Below are positions 26,975-37,116 of a stretch of DNA of 64,000 nt, in pieces. The first letter of the stretch is position 1, and the number at the start of each line of letters is the position of its first letter. The DNA is from Candidatus Latescibacterota bacterium. GTDB lineage: Bacteria; Latescibacterota; UBA2968; UBA8231. The notes below the pieces were generated by a model that was not told the origin of the DNA, searched no databases, and worked only from the letters and a program-made list of their open reading frames with translations. Made by a program: the position numbers and the translations under genes. The DNA lies in contig OZ244561.1 in the NCBI GenBank assembly GCA_965217585.1, positions 1,024,001 to 1,088,000 of the forward strand, read 5' to 3'.

Positions 26975-29900
26975 CTAGAAATCCACGGTGACGCCGAAAT
27001 TGGCCATGCGCGGGATGTCGTAAATCGCCTGGCTCTGGCCGGTGAAGGCCCGGTTGAGGTTGCCAGTCGGGTCTCCATCTTCCTCCCACTTGGTGGTGGA
27101 GGGAATGTTGCGATTGTCCCACGTAAGGATATTCTCGCGAGCGAAGAGATTGCGCACCTCAAAGAAGGCACCCAGCGCCAAGCCGCCCAACGCAAGACCG
27201 CGGTGGAGCCGCAGATCCGTGCGCATATTCCACGGGGCCTGCCGGGTCTCGCGCTCGCGCGGATCTTCCGTGGTGGCCGTCACATTGTAGTTGAAACCGC
27301 TCTCAGCCGTCGAGATCAAGGTCAAACCAACCTGCGCTGGCAACTCGGCCAGCAGGGTAACGGCGATGCGGTGGGCGCGGTCGTAGCCGGTGACCAGCGG
27401 ATTGCCACCGCCATTGACATTGGCCTCGTAGGTGTTGAACCGCTCCTTGTTAGCCAGCGCCGTCTCCAAGGCTTGGACATCGGTTGCGGCCTTGACCGAA
27501 AACGAATTTTTGTCCGGGAAAGGCGTCGAGTTGTTGCCATTGCGCGATGCCTTGATATAGCTATACGCGTAGTTGACGCGACCATTGATCTTGCTCTGCG
27601 ACCGGCGCTCCACGCCGAACTCAAGGCCGCGGCTGTCGGCGTACCCGCCGCTAGTGTTGAGACTGTAGTTGGCAAAGCCAGCGTCGGCCGGGCTGATGGT
27701 AAAGCCGAGCCGCCCGTAGTTTTCGATGTCGCGGTAATAGGCCGTAACGTCGAACAAGTACTCGGGCGCGAAGCTGTACTGCAGGCCCATCTCGTACGCG
27801 GTGGCCGTCGTCGGGTCCGCCTCGACATCCGGCACATTCGGCCACGCTGGGTTGGTGAGGCTGTCGTAGTCCTCATAGAGGTACGAAAACGACGGCGTCG
27901 AGTAGAACTTGCCCCACGAGTAGTGCATGGCGGCCTGCTCGCTGATCGGATGCGAGATCCCCAGCCGCGGCTGCAAGTACCAGCGCGTTACGACCGCCTC
28001 ACCGCGAATCGGGCTGCGGTAGGTGTGGGTCTGGCCGCTTTCATAGGTGTATTCGGCCTCTTCGGACGGGCGGAAAAAGTCGGCTATCTGCTCGGCGTCT
28101 GCGTTGAAGCTGTCGAGCCGCAAGCCGGCGTTGAGGATGATGCCCTCGTACTCAATCTTGTCCTGCACGTAAAAGGCCAGCTCGCTCGGGTTGCGCTCGT
28201 ATTCGGCAATCTCGTACGGCAGGTTGGAATAGCCCACCGTAATCTGCGTCCGCTGCATGAGCTTCGAGACCGTGTGGCTGCGCAACAGTAGGCCGGCCTT
28301 GAGCTGGTGGTGGTAGTTGTACTGATGGGTGATGTCGGCCTTGAGCTGCATCACGTTGCGGTTGAGCTCCTCGAAGTAGAAGCCCGCCTGCGCCAAGCGG
28401 TACTGATTGTCGCCAAAGGGCAGATCGAAGTTGCGCGAATTGCCGGGGTTGGTGGTAAAAAAGGTAAAGTTGCCGTCGGCGTCGGCCCCAGAGCCGTCAA
28501 CGCCTAGGTACTTTTCCGACTCTTCGGCACTGTCGATGAAGATGAAGTCGCCACTCTCGCTGGTCTCGACGATGCCGTCGGCGTTGTCGTCGGAGTAGCC
28601 GAATTTGCTCATGCGCGAAACCTGCGAGAGCTTGATCTCGTAGAAGGTGTTGTTAGAAAGCGAGTGGCTCAGCCCCAGATAGGACATCGTCCCCAGCTTC
28701 TTGTTGCCCAAGGCCCCGGCGGGGAAGTAGGCGTAGCGACCGCTGAAGTTGCGGTTGACCCAACCTCCCAATTCGCCGCCGTCGTCAATCATCGCGTTGC
28801 CGGTCAGCTTGATATTCTGGCTGAGCCGATGCGTCAGCTTGAGCGAATAGCGCTGCGAGCGGTTGAGCGCGTTGGGGAAGACCCCCTCGTCGTTGAGATA
28901 GCGCGTGGTCAAATAGAAATTAGTGCGCGGCAACAGCTTGCCCCCCAGCGAAAGTTCCATCTCCGTGGAGGGATTGTCGCCGTAGGTAACTTGCTCGGGG
29001 TCGAAAATGTAGTAATTGTCGGCCTTGGCCTTGTCGGCCTCGTCCTCGGAGGCCAGCAAGTCGTCGCGCGACTGCAGGTAGCGGTCGAAATAGGTCGTCT
29101 CATCAACGGTGCCGTCTTCGCCCGGCCCGGGGTTGACCAGCCCCGCATAGACCTCGGGGCCAGCGTTCTTGTAGCCGCTGACGCCGCGGCGGACAAACAG
29201 CCGCCCCTCTAACTCGTCGCCGCCTTCGCGGGTGACGACATTGATGATGCCAGCGCTAGCCGCGTCGTACTCGGCGTTGAAGGTGCCGGCGATAATGTCC
29301 AGCGACTGTACGTTGCTGGCGTTGACGCCGACCGCGGTGAACTCGCCGTCCGAGGTGCGCTTGACGTCTACATAGGGGTTCCAAGTGACTAGGCCTTCGC
29401 CGGCGCGGAAATACGTATCCGACACGTCGATCCCATCGACGAGCACTTTGGCCTCGGCCTTGCGCCCGCCGCGGATATAGCCGCGGAACACGCTCGGCGT
29501 AGTGTTAATCAGGTCCTGCAAGTCGGCCACCGGCATGGTGTTGTTGAGCTCGGCGCGACCGATCGTCGCACGGCTGGTCGTCAGCGAGCGCTCGACCAGC
29601 GGTGCCTCGGCGACCACCGTTATCGCCTCGCCTTCAATCGCCTCGGTCTTAAGCCCGAAATCGACCGTCGTCGTCAGGTCCAAGCGGACCTCAATCTGGG
29701 TTTGGCGCACCGTCTGGTGCCCCACGTAACTAGCTTCGACCGAGTATGTGCCGGGGGGGATATTGAGCAAGAAATAACGTCCCTTGTCGTCGGCTGCGGT
29801 GCCGACTCTCTCGCCGCCCACTTCGACGACCACATTAGCCCCGGGCAATGCCTGCCCGGAATCATCTCGTACCACGCCGGCGATCTTGCCGTTGCCAGCG

Positions 29901-29977
29901 AACGCCGGCAGTGCGAGCAGGGCGCAAAACAGCGCCGCGCCCAGTACCACCGGCCACTTCCTCCTCTCAATGTGCAT
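26975..29977 (-). CDS. TonB-dependent receptor with N-terminal carboxypeptidase-regulatory-like domain
   Basis: GKIAGVV...LPGANV, YIRGGR, GTFNAEY, YVQDKIEY, QPRLGISHP, TAYYRDI and C-terminal Phe. AGGAGG precedes the ATG at 29977. Confidence 0.9.
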   Translation of the reverse strand: MHIERRKWPVVLGAALFCALLALPAFAGNGKIAGVVRDDSGQALPGANVVVEVGGERVGTAADDKGRYFLLNIPPGTYSVEASYVGHQTVRQTQIEVRLDLTTTVDFGLKTEAIEGEAITVVAEAPLVERSLTTSRATIGRAELNNTMPVADLQDLINTTPSVFRGYIRGGRKAEAKVLVDGIDVSDTYFRAGEGLVTWNPYVDVKRTSDGEFTAVGVNASNVQSLDIIAGTFNAEYDAASAGIINVVTREGGDELEGRLFVRRGVSGYKNAGPEVYAGLVNPGPGEDGTVDETTYFDRYLQSRDDLLASEDEADKAKADNYYIFDPEQVTYGDNPSTEMELSLGGKLLPRTNFYLTTRYLNDEGVFPNALNRSQRYSLKLTHRLSQNIKLTGNAMIDDGGELGGWVNRNFSGRYAYFPAGALGNKKLGTMSYLGLSHSLSNNTFYEIKLSQVSRMSKFGYSDDNADGIVETSESGDFIFIDSAEESEKYLGVDGSGADADGNFTFFTTNPGNSRNFDLPFGDNQYRLAQAGFYFEELNRNVMQLKADITHQYNYHHQLKAGLLLRSHTVSKLMQRTQITVGYSNLPYEIAEYERNPSELAFYVQDKIEYEGIILNAGLRLDSFNADAEQIADFFRPSEEAEYTYESGQTHTYRSPIRGEAVVTRWYLQPRLGISHPISEQAAMHYSWGKFYSTPSFSYLYEDYDSLTNPAWPNVPDVEADPTTATAYEMGLQYSFAPEYLFDVTAYYRDIENYGRLGFTISPADAGFANYSLNTSGGYADSRGLEFGVERRSQSKINGRVNYAYSYIKASRNGNNSTPFPDKNSFSVKAATDVQALETALANKERFNTYEANVNGGGNPLVTGYDRAHRIAVTLLAELPAQVGLTLISTAESGFNYNVTATTEDPRERETRQAPWNMRTDLRLHRGLALGGLALGAFFEVRNLFARENILTWDNRNIPSTTKWEEDGDPTGNLNRAFTGQSQAIYDIPRMANFGVTVDF

Positions 29978-30097
29978 GAGTGCCTCCTGTAACGAGCTAG
30001 AGGTGAGGTAAAAGCAGAATCTAGCGCATTTGCCGCAAATTTTGCAGAAACGCGCCAGGGAAGCGATAAATACAAGAATTTCAGGCCAACCCGTCAA

Positions 30098-30127
30098 GGT
30101 AGGGGCGACCGGCCGGTCGCCCCTACC
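30098..30127. repeat. GTAG-type REP-like perfect palindrome
   Basis: GGTAGGGGCGACCGGCCGGTCGCCCCTACC, followed by CCCTA iterations. Confidence 0.7.
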
Positions 30128-30132
30128 CTACC

Positions 30133-31227
30133 CTACCGCCCCTCTTGCCACGCAACCAACGGATGCTCTCGCCGCTGCATGGGGAACTCCACCCGTCCCC
30201 CGGTAATCTCCGCCTCGTAGGCCCCCAAGATCATCTCCAAAGCCGCCACCGCATCGCGTGCGCTCGACAGCGGCTCGCGGTCGGCTTCGGCCGCGTCGAT
30301 CAAATCGGCGACCGCCAAGTCGTTGCCCGTGCTCAGGGATTCGTCCGCCACCTCGTCTAAGAGGACCCACTGCTGGCTTGCATCGGCCGTATCAAACACC
30401 GGATGTGGATAGAGCATGGCCGGGCCACTGCCGCCGCCGCGCAGCGCAATGATCCCTTCACTGCCTTCTATCTCCATGCCCATCCGCTGACCCCCACCCT
30501 CGGCGTATTTCCGCGAATCAAAAGAGCCAGCCACCCCGCTCCTGAAGGAGAAGTAGCTGTTGATGCAATCGCCGGCGACGGGTCCCACCGGCTCGGTCGC
30601 CTCGCGCACGTCTTCGACTGTTAGCGCACGGCCTTCGTGCGCAACGTGCGCCGTCATCCACGCCACATCGCCGGCAAACAGGCGCATCATATTGAACAAG
30701 TGCGTCCCCAACACGATCATGTCCTCGCCGCCGCCGCGCCGATCCTGTTTGCCGTGGGTGCGAATGGCTTGCACCGCGCCGATCCGCCCCTGCGCCAACA
30801 CCTCCTTTACGTGCCGGATTAGCGGCAGGTACGCTCCCTGATGCGCCACGGCTACCTTCCGACCCGTCGCCTCGGCTTTAGCTACAATTTGGTCGCCTTC
30901 AGCCAAGTTCCAAGTCATGGGCTTTTCGCAGTACACGTGCGCCCCCACCTCCAAACAGGCCAGCACCATCTCCAAGTGGCAATCGGTCCAGCGCGGCCCA
31001 ACCGTCACCACCTCCGGTTGCTCGGCCTCTAGCATCTCGCGCCAGTCAGCGTACGCGCGGGGAGCAGCCAATTCCTCCTGCTTGACCTGCCGTTCCTCGG
31101 CGTCTTCATCGGCGACGGCCACCACCTCAATGCGCGGGTGGTTCTTCAAACCCAAGTGCAACCCATGTCCCCAATTGCCCCGTCCAGTCCGGCCTATGGC
31201 CGCTGCTCGGTACATCTTATCATTCAT
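30133..31227 (-). CDS. Gfo/Idh/MocA family oxidoreductase
   Basis: Rossmann start AAAIGRTGRG, HVYCEKP, GGEDMIVLGTH. Confidence 0.9.
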   Translation of the reverse strand: MNDKMYRAAAIGRTGRGNWGHGLHLGLKNHPRIEVVAVADEDAEERQVKQEELAAPRAYADWREMLEAEQPEVVTVGPRWTDCHLEMVLACLEVGAHVYCEKPMTWNLAEGDQIVAKAEATGRKVAVAHQGAYLPLIRHVKEVLAQGRIGAVQAIRTHGKQDRRGGGEDMIVLGTHLFNMMRLFAGDVAWMTAHVAHEGRALTVEDVREATEPVGPVAGDCINSYFSFRSGVAGSFDSRKYAEGGGQRMGMEIEGSEGIIALRGGGSGPAMLYPHPVFDTADASQQWVLLDEVADESLSTGNDLAVADLIDAAEADREPLSSARDAVAALEMILGAYEAEITGGRVEFPMQRREHPLVAWQEGR

Positions 31228-31292
31228 GCCTAGTCCTCCTTATATGCGTCCCGTATGGACGCCTGTTGTGAAGATCAGCGTAGAAATTGCCC

Positions 31293-33236
31293 CTAGCGCA
31301 CCCCCACGTACACCACATTCCCCACTTCCCCGAGACAAAAGTCGATCACCATCCACATGGCCGCGCCTAGGAGCTGTCCGGCGATTAGCCCGGCGAAGAG
31401 CGGCTTGTACGTAAGATAGCCGCGCGTGCCGGTGAATTTGAATATCACGGCCTTGCACAACCAGCCCAAAAACACCGAAAACCACGCCACGCCCATGACC
31501 CAACTGTCGCTCACCGGCAGGCCGATGTAGTGCAGCGGCCACCACGGGAAGTGGTGCTGCATGTAAATCAGCCCGCCCATCAAGGCCGCACCCACGCCCG
31601 TAAACAGCAGCCGCGGGCGGATGTGATCCCAGCCGACGGGATTGTGGATCTTGTCCTCCAAAAAGCGATAGGCCAGCGTCGGCACCCCGAATTGGCGCAG
31701 GTTGATCCCGCCGTGTGTGTAGTTCAAATAGAGGGTGATCCAGAAGGCCCCCATCATGCCGACGACGACCGCGATGACCAGCCCCCAGAACAGGCGGCGG
31801 TGATGCGCGCCGTGCCCGTGCGCCAGCTTGAGCGCGTTGGCGGTGGAAGCCATGACCGTGGTGCGCATTTCAGCGGCCCAAGAATAGCTCAGGCTAATCG
31901 ACGCCAGCCCCTTCCAGCCGATGGCGTCCGTACCCAAGGTATAGACCGCAAAGGGCTGCGGCAGCATGGTCGAAGAGGTAAAGCCCACGCCGCCTTGGGC
32001 AATGACCCGCGCAATGGCCAGGAAAATGGCAAATGCCCCAAAGAAAAACACCACCGCCGCCACCACCGGTACCCCACTCAGCAGCAGCCAGCCGAGGAAG
32101 TAGATCGCGCAGGCAATCCACAGCCACACGGCCGCCCGGTAGGAGAGAATCTCGTCTCCATCGTCGGCCTGAACGCCGCGCCTGAACGCCGCGCTGAACA
32201 CTTGGCGCAAGTGGCCCCGCGCCGTCCACAGGATCGCCGCCACCAACACCAGCATCGCCCCCATCCCCTGGTGCGACAGGGCCACCGAAGAACCTGTGAG
32301 CGCCTCGTTGTGCCCTTTGATCTGAAAGCCGATGACGTTAAAAACCCCGGTCTGGCAGCGGCTCAACAAGTGGAAAAACCACACCGAGAAAGCCACGTTG
32401 AGATTGAGGAAGTACGCCACGCCAATGATGGCGAAATTGACGAAGATGTGCAGCCGCACGCTATCGCGGAAAAGCATCAACGGATCGAACACCAGCCGCA
32501 CCTCGGGCACAAAAAAGAAATAGTGGTTCAGCCCGTCCAGCACTTGGATGGCAAAGGGCAACGCAAACCCGACCCACATCAGCGGGTTGCGAAACAACTG
32601 CGGGAAAATGCCCTCGTCGTTGCCGCGCAGCATCTCCAAGGGCACCTGCGCCAGCGGGAAGACCAGCCGCTCCTGTTCGACCCAAGGCCGCCTGAAGACG
32701 ACCATAGTGGCGATCATCAGCAAGTAGATCGCCACCATCGCGCTGCCCCAAGCCATAAGCGGCACCAGCCAAGCGGCCCACGGAATGCCCATCCCCTCGG
32801 GCAGCCCTTCGTAAAAGAAGCGTGCTGCCTCGGCTTCGTGCGGTGCCAGCCAAGAGGGAATCAGCGGTTGAATCAACTCGGCCCAGCGGTTTTCTGGCGT
32901 GGCGTAGTAGAAGGGGCGGGTGAGGATGTGGCACAGGTTGGTCACCAATCCCCAAGTGGGAATCGCGGAGGCGACGACCATCATCGCATACACGACCACC
33001 AACTCGCTCGTGCGCAGTGCCCAAGCCCTGAACGCGATCTTTAACAGGGGATTGACCAAGCCCACCAGCAGCAGGAAGACCATCATCGCGCCGGCCGCGA
33101 GGTAATCCGAAGTCAGGCCGGCGTTTTGCAGGACGAGTACTGTATAGGGACAAGCCAAGTTCAGGAAGAGAGCCGCCCCCGCGCCCAATACTAGGGCGCG
33201 CCGCGTCACCTCCAAGCCAGTTCGCTCCTTGTACAT
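31293..33236 (-). CDS. DUF6785/DUF6784-like polytopic membrane protein
   Basis: ELVVVY.M, YYATPENRW, FYEGLP, IPWAAW, ERLVFPLAQVP, DEILSYR and WWPLH motifs. Confidence 0.75.
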   Translation of the reverse strand: MYKERTGLEVTRRALVLGAGAALFLNLACPYTVLVLQNAGLTSDYLAAGAMMVFLLLVGLVNPLLKIAFRAWALRTSELVVVYAMMVVASAIPTWGLVTNLCHILTRPFYYATPENRWAELIQPLIPSWLAPHEAEAARFFYEGLPEGMGIPWAAWLVPLMAWGSAMVAIYLLMIATMVVFRRPWVEQERLVFPLAQVPLEMLRGNDEGIFPQLFRNPLMWVGFALPFAIQVLDGLNHYFFFVPEVRLVFDPLMLFRDSVRLHIFVNFAIIGVAYFLNLNVAFSVWFFHLLSRCQTGVFNVIGFQIKGHNEALTGSSVALSHQGMGAMLVLVAAILWTARGHLRQVFSAAFRRGVQADDGDEILSYRAAVWLWIACAIYFLGWLLLSGVPVVAAVVFFFGAFAIFLAIARVIAQGGVGFTSSTMLPQPFAVYTLGTDAIGWKGLASISLSYSWAAEMRTTVMASTANALKLAHGHGAHHRRLFWGLVIAVVVGMMGAFWITLYLNYTHGGINLRQFGVPTLAYRFLEDKIHNPVGWDHIRPRLLFTGVGAALMGGLIYMQHHFPWWPLHYIGLPVSDSWVMGVAWFSVFLGWLCKAVIFKFTGTRGYLTYKPLFAGLIAGQLLGAAMWMVIDFCLGEVGNVVYVGVR

Positions 33237-33360
33237 GGCCGGAAAATAGCCGCTGACCCCGGCGGCGACAACCGCAGCGCGGCCCCATTGCTGCGCTCTA
33301 GCCCTGCCGTTACTTTTTTATAGCCGCACGGCCCCACCCATCAACCCCGGTAGCCATTAA

Positions 33361-34644
33361 ATGCCTAAAGTATATGTACCCATGTGCGTGGATTTGCTCC
33401 ACCAAGGGCATCTAAACATCATCCGCGTCGCGCGAGGATTGGGAGAAATTACCATTGGCCTGATGACCGACGAGGCTATGGTCAGCTACAAGCGCCTACC
33501 CTATCTGAACTACGAGCAGCGCAAGGCTATCGTCGAAAACATCAAGGGGGTAAGCGAGGTAATCCCCCAGACGACGCTCGACTACGTGGCCAACGTGCGC
33601 CGCCTGCGGCCGCGCTACTTCGTCCACGGCGACGACTGGCGCACCGGCGTCCAGCGGGAGGCGCGGCAGCGCGTCATCGAAGCGCTCAAAGAGTGGGGTG
33701 GAGAAGTGGTCGAGCCAGCCTACACCCCGGGCATTTCCTCGACGCGGCTGAACGCGGCCCTCCGCGAAGTGGGTTTTACGCCCGATGTCCGCCGCCAGCG
33801 GTTGCGCCGATTGCTAGCCGCCAAGCCGCTGGTGACCGCGCTCGAAGCGCACAGCGGCCTCACCGGCCTGATCGTCGAAAACGCGCAAGTGGAAGCGAAC
33901 GGCCAAACGCGGGAATTCGACGCCATGTGGGTCGGCAGCCTCACCGACTCCACGGCCAAGGGCAAGCCCGACATCGAATACGTCGATCTCACCTCGCGCA
34001 TGGCTACGGTGCAGGAAATTTTGGCCGTCACCAACAAGCCGCTCATCCTCGACGGCGATTCCGGCGGCTTGGTCGAGCACTTTGTCTTGGCGGTGCGCAC
34101 GCTGGAGCGAATCGGCGTTTCGGCCATTGTCATAGAAGACACAATGAGTCCATCCGGCGCGGCGGCCGCACAGCACCAAGAGGATGCCGATGCCTTTGCC
34201 TACAAAATCGAGCGCGGCAAAAAGGCCCAAATAGCCGACGACTTTATGATCGTGGCGCGCATTGAATCCCTCATCGCCGGCAAAGACGTGTGCGATGCCA
34301 TCGAGCGAGCGAGCGCGTACATCGGCAGCGGGGCCGACGGTATCCTGATCCACAGCCGGGAAAAGACCCCCTGCGAAATCCTTTCCTTCTGCGACGAATA
34401 CGCCAAGTTGTCCTCTCGCGTCCCCTTGGTCGCGATGCCTTCGACCTTCAGTCAGGTGACCGAGCAACAGCTCGTCGATGCCGGCGTGCAAGTAGTTCTC
34501 TACGCCAACCACTTGCTGCGTAGTGCCTATCCAGCTATGCTCAAAACCGCAGAGTCCATTCTCCTGCACCAACGGGCCTATGAGGCGGAAGAGCTATGCA
34601 CGTCCATCGAGCAGGTCCTGCACCTGATTCCCTTCCGGGATTAA
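33361..34644 (+). CDS. cytidylyltransferase fused to a phosphoenolpyruvate mutase-like domain (catalytic motif degenerate)
   Basis: [48 protein letters not shown] and GADGILIHS motifs. EDKxxxxxNS is replaced by EDTMSPSG. Confidence 0.85.
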   Translation: MPKVYVPMCVDLLHQGHLNIIRVARGLGEITIGLMTDEAMVSYKRLPYLNYEQRKAIVENIKGVSEVIPQTTLDYVANVRRLRPRYFVHGDDWRTGVQREARQRVIEALKEWGGEVVEPAYTPGISSTRLNAALREVGFTPDVRRQRLRRLLAAKPLVTALEAHSGLTGLIVENAQVEANGQTREFDAMWVGSLTDSTAKGKPDIEYVDLTSRMATVQEILAVTNKPLILDGDSGGLVEHFVLAVRTLERIGVSAIVIEDTMSPSGAAAAQHQEDADAFAYKIERGKKAQIADDFMIVARIESLIAGKDVCDAIERASAYIGSGADGILIHSREKTPCEILSFCDEYAKLSSRVPLVAMPSTFSQVTEQQLVDAGVQVVLYANHLLRSAYPAMLKTAESILLHQRAYEAEELCTSIEQVLHLIPFRD

Positions 34645-34693
34645 TTTTAGTGTCCCGCTAACTCGCTCAAAAATTTAGAATATAGGAGCACCT

Positions 34694-35410
34694 GTGCGTA
34701 AATCCCCGTACACGGCTGCGGACTTCAAGGCCAGCAAGCCCGAGGTCATGGGGCTGGTCGAAGTCCTGTTCAACCGCCGCCTCTCCACCCTGCTCACTCG
34801 CCTGTTGGTCCGCACTCCCCTCAGCCCCAACCAAGTGACGGTGCTTTCCTTTCTCGTCCTCCTGCCCGGCGCGTACCTGCTCTCCACGGGCGAGCGCATC
34901 GCCCTCATCGGGGCCGGCTTCCTCATCCAACTATCCTTTACGCTCGATTGCTGCGACGGCGAACTCGCTCGTTTGCGCGGCATCAGCTCGCCGTTTGGCG
35001 CTTGGCTCGACGGCTTGCTCGATCGCATTGCCGAATTGGCGCTCTGTCTTGCCTTGGGACGGGCATTGGAGCACCAAAGCGATGATCCGCACGCCTATTT
35101 CTACTCCTTTGTCGTCTTCGCTTCGCTAGCCATGACCCACATCGCCACCTTGATGAACGCTGCGGCCTTTGGCAAGGGACAACTAGCGGAATCCGCGGGC
35201 CGCGGCCTGATGGGCCGCTTGGCCGGCCTCGTACGCGTTTCGCCGCTGAAACTGCGCAACTATCTGCGCAGTGGCATTGACGTCTATTTGATGGTTTTTG
35301 CGTTGGGCGCAGTGTTTGACCAGCTCATGGGGGTCGTCTATTATTTCGCCGTTGTGCAGAACCTCTATTGGCTGGCCATCGTCTCAATGGTGGTAAGGCA
35401 AAAAAAGTAA
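34694..35410 (+). CDS. CDP-alcohol phosphatidyltransferase family protein
   Basis: SPNQVT and DCCDGELAR..SSPFGAWLDGLLD signature. Confidence 0.9.
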   Translation: MRKSPYTAADFKASKPEVMGLVEVLFNRRLSTLLTRLLVRTPLSPNQVTVLSFLVLLPGAYLLSTGERIALIGAGFLIQLSFTLDCCDGELARLRGISSPFGAWLDGLLDRIAELALCLALGRALEHQSDDPHAYFYSFVVFASLAMTHIATLMNAAAFGKGQLAESAGRGLMGRLAGLVRVSPLKLRNYLRSGIDVYLMVFALGAVFDQLMGVVYYFAVVQNLYWLAIVSMVVRQKK

Positions 35411-35423
35411 CTGGAGGTATCTT

Positions 35424-36260
35424 ATGGAGCCCAGCCCAGCCGCTGAGATGCTCGCCGTCCTTGGTTCCATTAAAGAGAGCTTCTTCCACGTGCTACCCAA
35501 GTTGGCCATCTCCCTATTCGTCCTGTTCGTCGGGTGGCTCGTGGCGTGGTCGCTTCGCGCGCTCGCGCGCCGAGTGATCGGGCGTTTTTCCAAGCGAATT
35601 TCCGCGGGCACGACCCAGGCCGCTTGGCAACAGGTCTTGGCCGACAAGGGACTCGGGCGCATCGTCTCAAGCAGCATCTATTGGCTCGTCTTGTTGGTCG
35701 CGGTCATGGTGACCAGCGAAGTCGTCGGCCTTCCGCTGCTGACCACCTATCTGGCCGCTTTGGCACACTACCTGCCCAAGGTCATCGTGGCGGTCGCGGT
35801 CTTGTTCGCCGGTGTCGTCGGAGCTCGCCTCGTCAGTGAGGCAGCCATGAGCACGGCCTTTCGCTTGCTGCCGCATCAAGGGCGGCAATTGGCCCGCCTC
35901 GTGCGAGGGCTCATCGTCGGCGCGGCCATTCTCGTGGCGACCAAGCAACTAGGTGTGGACGTATCGCTGCTGACGGACATCTTCTTGATCGTACTCACCG
36001 CGATTCTCGCCGGCGCAGCTTTTGCGTTTGGGCTGGGCGCCCGCACCATTATCGCCAACATCCTCGCCATGCACTACGTCAACAAGTCCTACGACGTGGG
36101 TCAGCGGATTCGCCTCGGCGACGACAATGGGCGCATCGTGCGGACGACCTCCACCACCGTTTTTGTCGAGCACGCCGACGGCGAGTTGGGCATCCCCGGG
36201 CAGCGCTTCTTCGAGGAGCGATGCCTCCGCATAAGCAAGGGGGTGTCCAGTGAACCTTGA
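35424..36260 (+). CDS. mechanosensitive-channel (MscS/CmpX-like TM-helix repeat) protein
   Basis: LPKLAISLFVLFVGWLVA and YLPKVIVAV repeats; AFAFGLGARTIIANILA..Y....Y.VGQRI. Confidence 0.75.
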   Translation: MEPSPAAEMLAVLGSIKESFFHVLPKLAISLFVLFVGWLVAWSLRALARRVIGRFSKRISAGTTQAAWQQVLADKGLGRIVSSSIYWLVLLVAVMVTSEVVGLPLLTTYLAALAHYLPKVIVAVAVLFAGVVGARLVSEAAMSTAFRLLPHQGRQLARLVRGLIVGAAILVATKQLGVDVSLLTDIFLIVLTAILAGAAFAFGLGARTIIANILAMHYVNKSYDVGQRIRLGDDNGRIVRTTSTTVFVEHADGELGIPGQRFFEERCLRISKGVSSEP

Positions 36261-37116
36261 ACAACAGCTCCTCGCGCAATTTGCAACCGATCATCCGGCG
36301 GAAGTCGCGTGTGACCTAGCAGCCATGTCGCACCAAGAAGCGGCGCTGGTGCTCGGCGATCTAGCGCCAGCGGCTGCGGTGGGCCTCTTGCACTACCTGC
36401 CGTCGCTTGCTGCAGCCCTCGCCCTAGAGCAGCTATCCGTTGAAGCCGCCGCCGCCATACTCACTGCCGCGCGCCCGGATATCGCCGCGCCCATCTTGCG
36501 CGCGACCCCGAGCGAACGCCGCACCGCAGTCGTCGATCACTTCCCCTCGCGCCTCCAATCCGTGATTTCGAACCTGCTCATCTACGCCGAGGATACGGCC
36601 GGAGCACTCATGGACCCCGAAGTGCTCACCGCATTCGAGCAAGAACCAGTTTGCCAAGTGCTAGCGCGGCTCCAGCGCAATCCCGAGCACGCCCTCTACT
36701 ATCTCTACGTAGTAGCCGACAATCAACGGCTCATCGGCGTCGTCAACATGCGGGAACTGATGAGCGCGCGGCCCGATGTATCGCTGGCGTCTGTCTGCAC
36801 GCGCCATGTCGCGTCCATTGCCGCCAGCGCCACTTGGCAAACCGTGGTGGGACACCCGGCGTGGGGCAGCGTCCACGCGCTGCCCGTAGTGGACGAGGCC
36901 GGCCAGTTCGTCGGTGTCCTCCGCTACGAAACCGCGCGGGATTTGGAGCGGCGTCAAGCCAGCGACGCGCTGACATATAGCGGCCTACAAACGGCTTCGG
37001 CCCTCAGCGAAGTATTTGGCCTCGGCCTGCGCGGATTGTTTGGCCTCGGTCTGCGCGGCATGTTCCAAGAGACAGCCTCCGAGACCGCCGATGGCTCGGG
37101 CGAGCAGAAGCCGTGA
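36250..37116 (+). CDS. MgtE-like intracellular N-domain plus CBS-pair protein (no TM domain)
   Basis: YAEDTAGALM, YLYVV...LIGVV.MREL, LPVVD...FVGVL. Confidence 0.8.
   Translation: MNLEQQLLAQFATDHPAEVACDLAAMSHQEAALVLGDLAPAAAVGLLHYLPSLAAALALEQLSVEAAAAILTAARPDIAAPILRATPSERRTAVVDHFPSRLQSVISNLLIYAEDTAGALMDPEVLTAFEQEPVCQVLARLQRNPEHALYYLYVVADNQRLIGVVNMRELMSARPDVSLASVCTRHVASIAASATWQTVVGHPAWGSVHALPVVDEAGQFVGVLRYETARDLERRQASDALTYSGLQTASALSEVFGLGLRGLFGLGLRGMFQETASETADGSGEQKP

Noticed and set aside
252-33044. Long opposite-strand ORFs in the track (e.g. 6539-8053, 24805-26991, 26741-28291, 31530-33044, 3003-3950)
   Set aside because: They are antisense shadows of clear high-GC genes and show no motifs or SD.
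33361-34644. Calling a functional pepM/aepX phosphonate cluster
   Set aside because: The diagnostic EDKX5NS motif is missing and no downstream phosphonate genes are present.
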